A stretch of DNA of 32,000 nucleotides, taken from Candidatus Saccharimonadota bacterium (GTDB lineage Bacteria > Pseudomonadota > Gammaproteobacteria > Burkholderiales > Burkholderiaceae). Location of the stretch: positions 30,001-62,000 of the forward strand of contig CP002161.1 of the NCBI GenBank assembly GCA_000147015.1, written 5' to 3'. Position numbers and translations under genes: made by a program. This document shows positions 26,653 through 32,000 of this stretch, in pieces. The notes under the pieces are model-generated. The model saw only the letters and a program-made list of their open reading frames with translations, had not been told where the DNA came from and made no database searches. Position 1 is the stretch's first letter, and each line of letters opens with the position of its first letter.

Positions 26653-27995
26653 ATGATTAAATTTTTATCTAGTAAAATCAATAATTTTATGGATAAAAAA
26701 ATATTAATTACTATTTATAATAAAAAAAATATTTAATTTTTCTAAAAATATTATAAAATTATATTATAAAATTATTTATATTAACAAAATATATAAATTT
26801 TTTAAAAAAAATATTAATAATATAAATATTTCTAATTATAATAATTTTACAAAAATTTAGTATAGTAAAACAGTTTAAATCCTAAAATTTTTTTAGAAAT
26901 TTTAATTAAAAAAAATATAAAGTAATTTAAAAGAATTAAAAAAATTTAATTTTAGTATAATAGATATTATAATAGTTAATTTTTATCCTTTAAAAATATC
27001 TTATAATATTAAAAATTTTTTTAAAAAATAATAGAAAATATTGATATAGTTAGTGTATTTTATTAAAACCCAGTGCAAAAAATTTTGAAAATATTATACA
27101 TTTATGTAATTTTAATAATTATAATTTTATAATAAAAAATTTAAAAAAAATATAAAAAATTAGTTTTAAAAAAAAGACTTTATTTATTTAAAAAAAACAT
27201 TTATATATTTTTAATTATGAAATAAATATATCTAATTTTTTTTAAATATAAATAAAAAAATATTTTTAATAAAATTATAAATTTTAATTTTATAAAAAGA
27301 AAATATTTTATATGGTAAAAATACTCATTAAAAATCTTATTTATATAATTTTAAAAATAATAATTTAATATATAATTATAAAAAAATTTATTATAAAAAA
27401 TTTTCTTATAATAATTATATTGATATTTAAATTATTATAAATTATTTATTTTAATTTAAAAATAAGAAATTATATATTATTATAAAACATAATAATTCAT
27501 ACGAAATAACTTTATCAAATTAAATTAATAATTCTTATTATAAAATTTTAAAATGTTATAAAAAATTTTCTTTTAGTAGTATAATAACTTTTAATAAAAA
27601 ATTAAATTTTAATATTATAAGTAAAATTTTAAATAAATTTATAAAAATTTTAATATTAACAAAATTTATTAATAAAATATATAAATATTTTACTAATAAA
27701 AATATAAAATTTATAAAAGTAAAAATAAATAAAAAATAAAAAAATTTAAAAATATTATGACTTTAGGTATAAATACAGTATAAATGAGTATTATTGATTT
27801 ATAAGTTAAAACAATCAAATTTATTATTATATAATTTTATTTTTACTTCTAATGAATTTTTACTTTTAAAAATAATTTAATAAATATTATTAAATGTATC
27901 AAAATGTATAATCAGAAAATAAAAATATTATAAATTTAGTAAATAAATATAAATTAATAATGATATTTATAAAAATAAGAAATTTTTATCATTAA
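26653..27995 (+). pseudogene. purH: decayed purH (AICAR transformylase / IMP cyclohydrolase) relic
   Basis: There is no long ORF under either code, but islands colinear with E. coli PurH appear in changing frames:
- LNPKIFLEIL 26875-26904 (LHPKVHGGIL)
- DIIIVNFYPL 26963-26992 (IDMVVVNLYPF)
- IENIDI 27031-27048 (VENIDIGG)
- KPSAKNFENI from 27066 (RSAAKNHKDV)
- YGKNTH-TAA 27311-27331 (YGENSHQ)
- FSYNNYIDI-TAA 27401-27430 (LSYNNIADTD)
- YIIIKHNNSYE 27473-27505 (CVIVKHANPCG)
- FSSIITFN 27566-27595 (FGGIIAFN)
- MTLGINTV-TAA-MS 27757-27789 (MTIGIGAGQMS)
- IMIFIKIRNFYH-TAA 27957-27995 (IAMLFTDMRHFRH-stop). Confidence 0.85.
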
Positions 27996-29051
27996 ATGTT
28001 TTGTAATATTTTAGGCAAAATTTTTACTATATCTTGTTTTGGAGAATCTCATGGTAAAGTAATAGGATGTATAATAGGCGGTTGTCCTTCTAATATAAAA
28101 TTATCTAATATAGATGTTCAAATTGAGGTAAATAAAAGAAAACCTGGTATTTCTAAATACATTACTTCTAGAAAAGAAAATGATAAAATAAAAATACTTT
28201 CAGGAATTTTTAATAAAAAAACAACAGGAGCTCCTATAGCTATAATAATTAAAAATAATGATAAAAAAAGCAGAGATTATGATAATATAAAAAATATATT
28301 TAGACCTGGTCATGCTGATTATACTTATTGAAATAAATATAAAAATATAGATTTTAGAGGTGGTGGACATTCTTCAGGTAGATTAACTGCTAATATTGTG
28401 TCAGCATCTTCAATTACTAAAAAATATTTATTTAAAAATTATGGTATAGTTTTTAAAGGTTATGTAAAACAAATAGGAAAAAATAAAATTTTATTTGAAT
28501 CTTGAGATTTAATAAATTTTAAATTAAATATTGCAAATATAAAAAAAAAAAATATAATAAAAAAATATATAAAATATATAAATAAAATTGGAGATTCTTG
28601 TGGAGCAAATATTAATTTAATTATTAAAAATTTACCTATAGGTATTGGAAATCCAATATTTGATAAATTAAATTCAAGAATTTCTTATTATTTAATGAAT
28701 ATAAATGCAATTAAAGCTATAAATATTGGAAATGGTATAAAAGGAATTAAATATAAAGGAAGTAAATTTAATGATATTATAACTAAAAAAGGTTTTAAAA
28801 CTAATAATTCTGGTGGTATATTAGGAGGAATTTCTACAGGTCAAGATATAAAAATTTCTATTTTTATTAAACCTACTTCTAGCATAAAAATACCACAAAA
28901 ATCTATAAATAAGTTTAATAAAAAAGTTAAATTTATTATTAAAGGAAGACACGATACATGTATTGGTATTAGAATTTTATCAGTTGCAGAATCTATGTTA
29001 TCTTTAGTTATAATGGATTTTATATTAAATTTTAATTCTTATAAAATTTAA
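27996..29051 (+). CDS. aroC: chorismate synthase
   Basis: ORFs 27996-28331 and 28695-29051 are in one frame via TGA codons. [52 protein letters not shown] and GRHDTCIG match E. coli AroC (FGESHG.., [27 protein letters not shown]). Confidence 0.93.
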
Positions 29052-29070
29052 AATTTATTATTTAGTAATA

Positions 29071-30321
29071 TTATATTTTTTTAATATTATTCATATATTT
29101 TCTCAAAACTTTAGGTATAAATATTTTTTCATTTTCCATTTGATAATTTTCTAATATAGAAATAAATATTCTTCCTATTGCTAAACCCGTAGCATTTAAG
29201 GAATTTAAAAATTTAATATTTTCATTTTTATTTATAAATTTAGCATTAATTCTTTTAGTTTGAAAATCTTTACAATTTGATATAGAAGAAACTTCTATAT
29301 AAATTTTTTCTGAAGGTAATCAAACTTCTAAATCATAAGTTTTACAAGAACTAAAATTTATTTCTCCTGAACATAATTCAATTATTCTATATGGTAAATC
29401 TATTTTTTTTAAAATATTTTCTGCATGAAATAACATTTTTTCTAATGTAACTTGAGAATATTTAGGTTCAACAAATTGTACTAATTCTATTTTATCAAAT
29501 TGATATTGTCTAATTAAACCTTTATTTTTTATTCCATAACTTATTTTTTCATTTCTAAAACAATGAGAATAACTTAACATTTTAATAGGCAATTTATTAA
29601 ATGATATTATATTGTTTCTCATAATATTAATTAAAGCTACTTCAGATGTAGGTATTAAGTAAAATGATTTTTTTTCATTATTATTTTTAATTTTAAAAAT
29701 TTTATTTTTAAATTTTGGAAATTGTCCACTACCAATTAAAGATAATTTATTAGTTATATAAGGTATTTGATATTCTATATAATTATTTTTTTTTAAATGA
29801 AAATCAATCATAAAATTATAAATTGCTCTATATAATTTTGCTAATTTATTTTTTATTACAAAAAAATTAGAACCTGTTATTTTTATACCATCTGTATTAG
29901 AAATACCCATTTTTTTTCCAATATTTATATGATTTTTAATTTTAAAATTAAATTTTTTTTTTTTTGTTTTTTTAATTATAATATTATTAATATAATATTT
30001 ATTTATTGAAATTGATTTATGAGGTATATTAGGAATACTTAATATAAAATGATTTATTATGTAATTAAAAATATTTAAAATATTTTTAATTTTTTTAATA
30101 TTATTATTTATATATAATATATTTTTATAAATAAAATTATTATTTTTTTTATTTAAAAAGTATTTTTTAGATAAAATATTTTTATTTTTTCTTAAATTAT
30201 TTAAATAAAATTGTAAAATTTTTCTTTTATTATTTATTTTATTAAAAAAAAATAAATTAATATTAAAAAATCTATATTTTAATAATTTATTTAAATAAAT
30301 TATATTTAATTTTTTTATCAT
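29071..30321 (-). CDS. serS: seryl-tRNA synthetase
   Basis: ORF 29320-30321 continues through TGA 29320-29322 to TAA 29071-29073. ..YLIPTSEVAL.., [56 protein letters not shown] and IPKVLRKYM parallel E. coli SerRS ([64 protein letters not shown]). Confidence 0.92.
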
Positions 30322-30322
30322 T

Positions 30323-30865
30323 TTAATTATTTAATATTTCTTTTTTTTTTATTTTAAAAAAAAAATCTATTTTTTCTATATATTTTTTTGTTAATTTATC
30401 TAATTTATTTTTAATATTATTTATTTCATTTAAAGAATATTTTTCTTTATTTATTTTATTTTTAAAAATTCTTCTTTCATTTCTAATATTTATTTTTTTT
30501 TCTTCTGTATATTTTTTTAAATTATTAATAATAATATTTTTAAATTCATTATTTAATTTGGGTATTTTAATATAAAAAGTATTTTTTTTTTTTATATAAT
30601 TAAAATTAAATTTATTATAATTTAATGTTTTTTTAATATTATTTATAATATTTTTTTCATATGGTATAATACTTAAAGTTTTTTCATCTATTACAAATAT
30701 ATTAGATATTTTATTTAAATATATTTTTTTATTATTATATTTTATTTTTATATTATATAATATATTAGAATTTAATTTATTACCTTGTATTTTAATTAAA
30801 TTATTTTTAAATTCTTTAATAATATTTTTAAATTTAATTATAATATTTTCTATTATATTTATCAT
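30323..30865 (-). CDS. frr: ribosome recycling factor
   Basis: 180 aa. ..INIRNERRIFKNKINKEKYSLNEINNIKNKLDKLTKKYIEKID resembles RRF (VRNVRRDANDK.K......SEDD....QD.VQKLTD..I..ID). Conserved rpsB-tsf-(pyrH)-frr neighbourhood. The stop lies 1 nt from the serS ATG. Confidence 0.85.
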   Translation of the reverse strand: MINIIENIIIKFKNIIKEFKNNLIKIQGNKLNSNILYNIKIKYNNKKIYLNKISNIFVIDEKTLSIIPYEKNIINNIKKTLNYNKFNFNYIKKKNTFYIKIPKLNNEFKNIIINNLKKYTEEKKINIRNERRIFKNKINKEKYSLNEINNIKNKLDKLTKKYIEKIDFFFKIKKKEILNN

Positions 30866-30873
30866 TTTAAATA

Positions 30874-31689
30874 TTAATAAATAATATAAAATGAAATTAT
30901 TTCTATATTATTATTTTTAATAATATTTTTAATTTTATATTTTATATTTTTAATAAAATTTTGTTCAAATAAACAATTATTTATATAAAATTCTTTAATA
31001 TTATTATTAAATATTTTTAATTTAACATTATTATTATATTTACTATTTATTTTATTTATTATATTATTTTTTTCTTTATTTAATATATTAAATGGTATAT
31101 TTTTCTTTAATATATATTTTGGTTTTAAAGCAGTTATATGTAATACAATATCTTTAATAATATTTTTGTTAAAATTATTTTTTATTTTATATTCTAATAT
31201 AGTTGAAATTTTATTATTATGATTATAATTAATAAATTTATTTATTGTTTTTAAAAATATAAAATATTTTATAATAATATTTTCGTTAAAATATTTAATA
31301 ATTTTATAATTAATATTTTTTATATATTTTTTATATATTTTATATTTATTTAGGATATTTAAATTATATATTTTATTTTCACTTATTATTTTTGAAATAA
31401 ATTTAACATATTTTAAAAAAAAATAATTTTCTATTATTATAATATTTTGACACTTAATTTTTATTAACACAGAAATATTAAATAAATTATTAATATATGA
31501 AAATGTAATAAAATTTTTTGTTTTATTAAATGTAATTTTATTTATTTTTTTACCTAATAATAATTTCAACATTTTTTTTGATTTTTTGAAATTTCATTTT
31601 GTTTTTATCAAAATTTTTTTACATTCTATATAAGAAACTTGTGTTTTACTTCTTAATTTTTTTATTATTTTTATATTTTTTTTTAACAT
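30874..31689 (-). CDS. tsf: elongation factor Ts (271 aa; the start is extended upstream through UGA=Trp)
   Basis: The track ORF starts at 31572, but the frame stays open upstream through TGA 31594-31596 to ATG 31689. That adds MLKKNIKIIKKLRSKTQVSYIECKKILIKTKWNFKKSKKML, which matches the EF-Ts N-terminal domain ([31 protein letters not shown].MR). Downstream, VLIKIKCQN (ILEVNCQTDF), KDIVLHITALKPKYI (KHIAMHVAASKPEFI) and CLFEQNFIKN (SLTGQPFVM). Confidence 0.88.
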
Positions 31690-31740
31690 TTATATTTTAT
31701 ATATTTTTATTTTTAAATTTTTAATATTTATTATTTATAT

Positions 31741-32000
31741 TTATTTTATAATTTTTTTATTAAATTTATTAATATTAATTTTATTATTATAAATAATTTT
31801 ATATTTTTTACTATATATAATTGTATTAATTAAATTTTTAATATATAATTTTATAGATATAATAGAATCATTATTTCCTGGAATTATATAATCTATATTT
31901 TCAGGATTATTATTTGTATCTACTATTGCTATTATTGGAATTTTTAGTATTTTTGCTTCTTTTATAACATTTTTATGAAATTCTGTATCTATTACAAATA
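31741..32000 (-). CDS. rpsB: 30S ribosomal protein S2, 3' part (gene starts beyond the window end)
   Basis: The reverse complement reads [52 protein letters not shown].. (E. coli [50 protein letters not shown].LY). TAA at 31741-31743. Confidence 0.93.
   Translation of the reverse strand, partial: FVIDTEFHKNVIKEAKILKIPIIAIVDTNNNPENIDYIIPGNNDSIISIKLYIKNLINTIIYSKKYKIIYNNKININKFNKKIIK

Noticed and set aside
26647-27995. A 1.35-kb ORF-free AT-rich stretch as a non-coding region, candidate replication origin or novel RNA locus.
   Set aside because: Frame-hopping translation shows colinear PurH motifs from start to the exact C-terminus, so it is a decayed gene. There is no GC-rich core of the kind that marks structured RNAs here.

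Overview
Overall: this window is extremely AT-rich (by eye well under 20% G+C) and almost wall-to-wall housekeeping genes. The six-frame ORF track looks fragmented only because TGA is used as a Trp codon (translation table 4). Read that way, the fragments join into about 27 intact genes.

Gene order:
- thrS (partial), tRNA-Asp, tRNA-Gln, prs, rplY, aroA, rpsA
- a 131-nt tandem repeat array
- cyoD, a fused cyoB-cyoC, cyoA and dnaE, all on the minus strand
- metX, tRNA-Tyr, tRNA-Gly, tRNA-Trp, rplK, rplA, rplJ, rplL, rpoB, rpoC, aspS, tyrS
- a decayed purH pseudogene, then aroC
- serS, frr, tsf and rpsB (partial), on the minus strand

Likely source: the proteobacterial synteny, the cytochrome bo oxidase, the chorismate and methionine genes, UGA=Trp and the extreme AT bias fit a tiny betaproteobacterial insect nutritional endosymbiont of the 'Candidatus Zinderia/Nasuia' type. 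This is inference and cannot be confirmed without a database search.

What is absent: I see no mobile elements, CRISPR, defence, toxin or secretion loci.

What deserves a second look:
- the only tRNA-Trp in the window has a CCA anticodon, although UGA is the main Trp codon
- cyoB and cyoC form one reading frame joined across an A13 tract
- rpoC is interrupted by a -1 frameshift with a real TAA at a T5A5 run
- three near-identical 131-nt units rich in palindromes lie between convergent genes
- a purH relic is still recognisable
- the tuf/secE/nusG neighbourhood has collapsed
- ThrRS and TyrRS have lost domains

All coordinates were derived by hand from the sequence.
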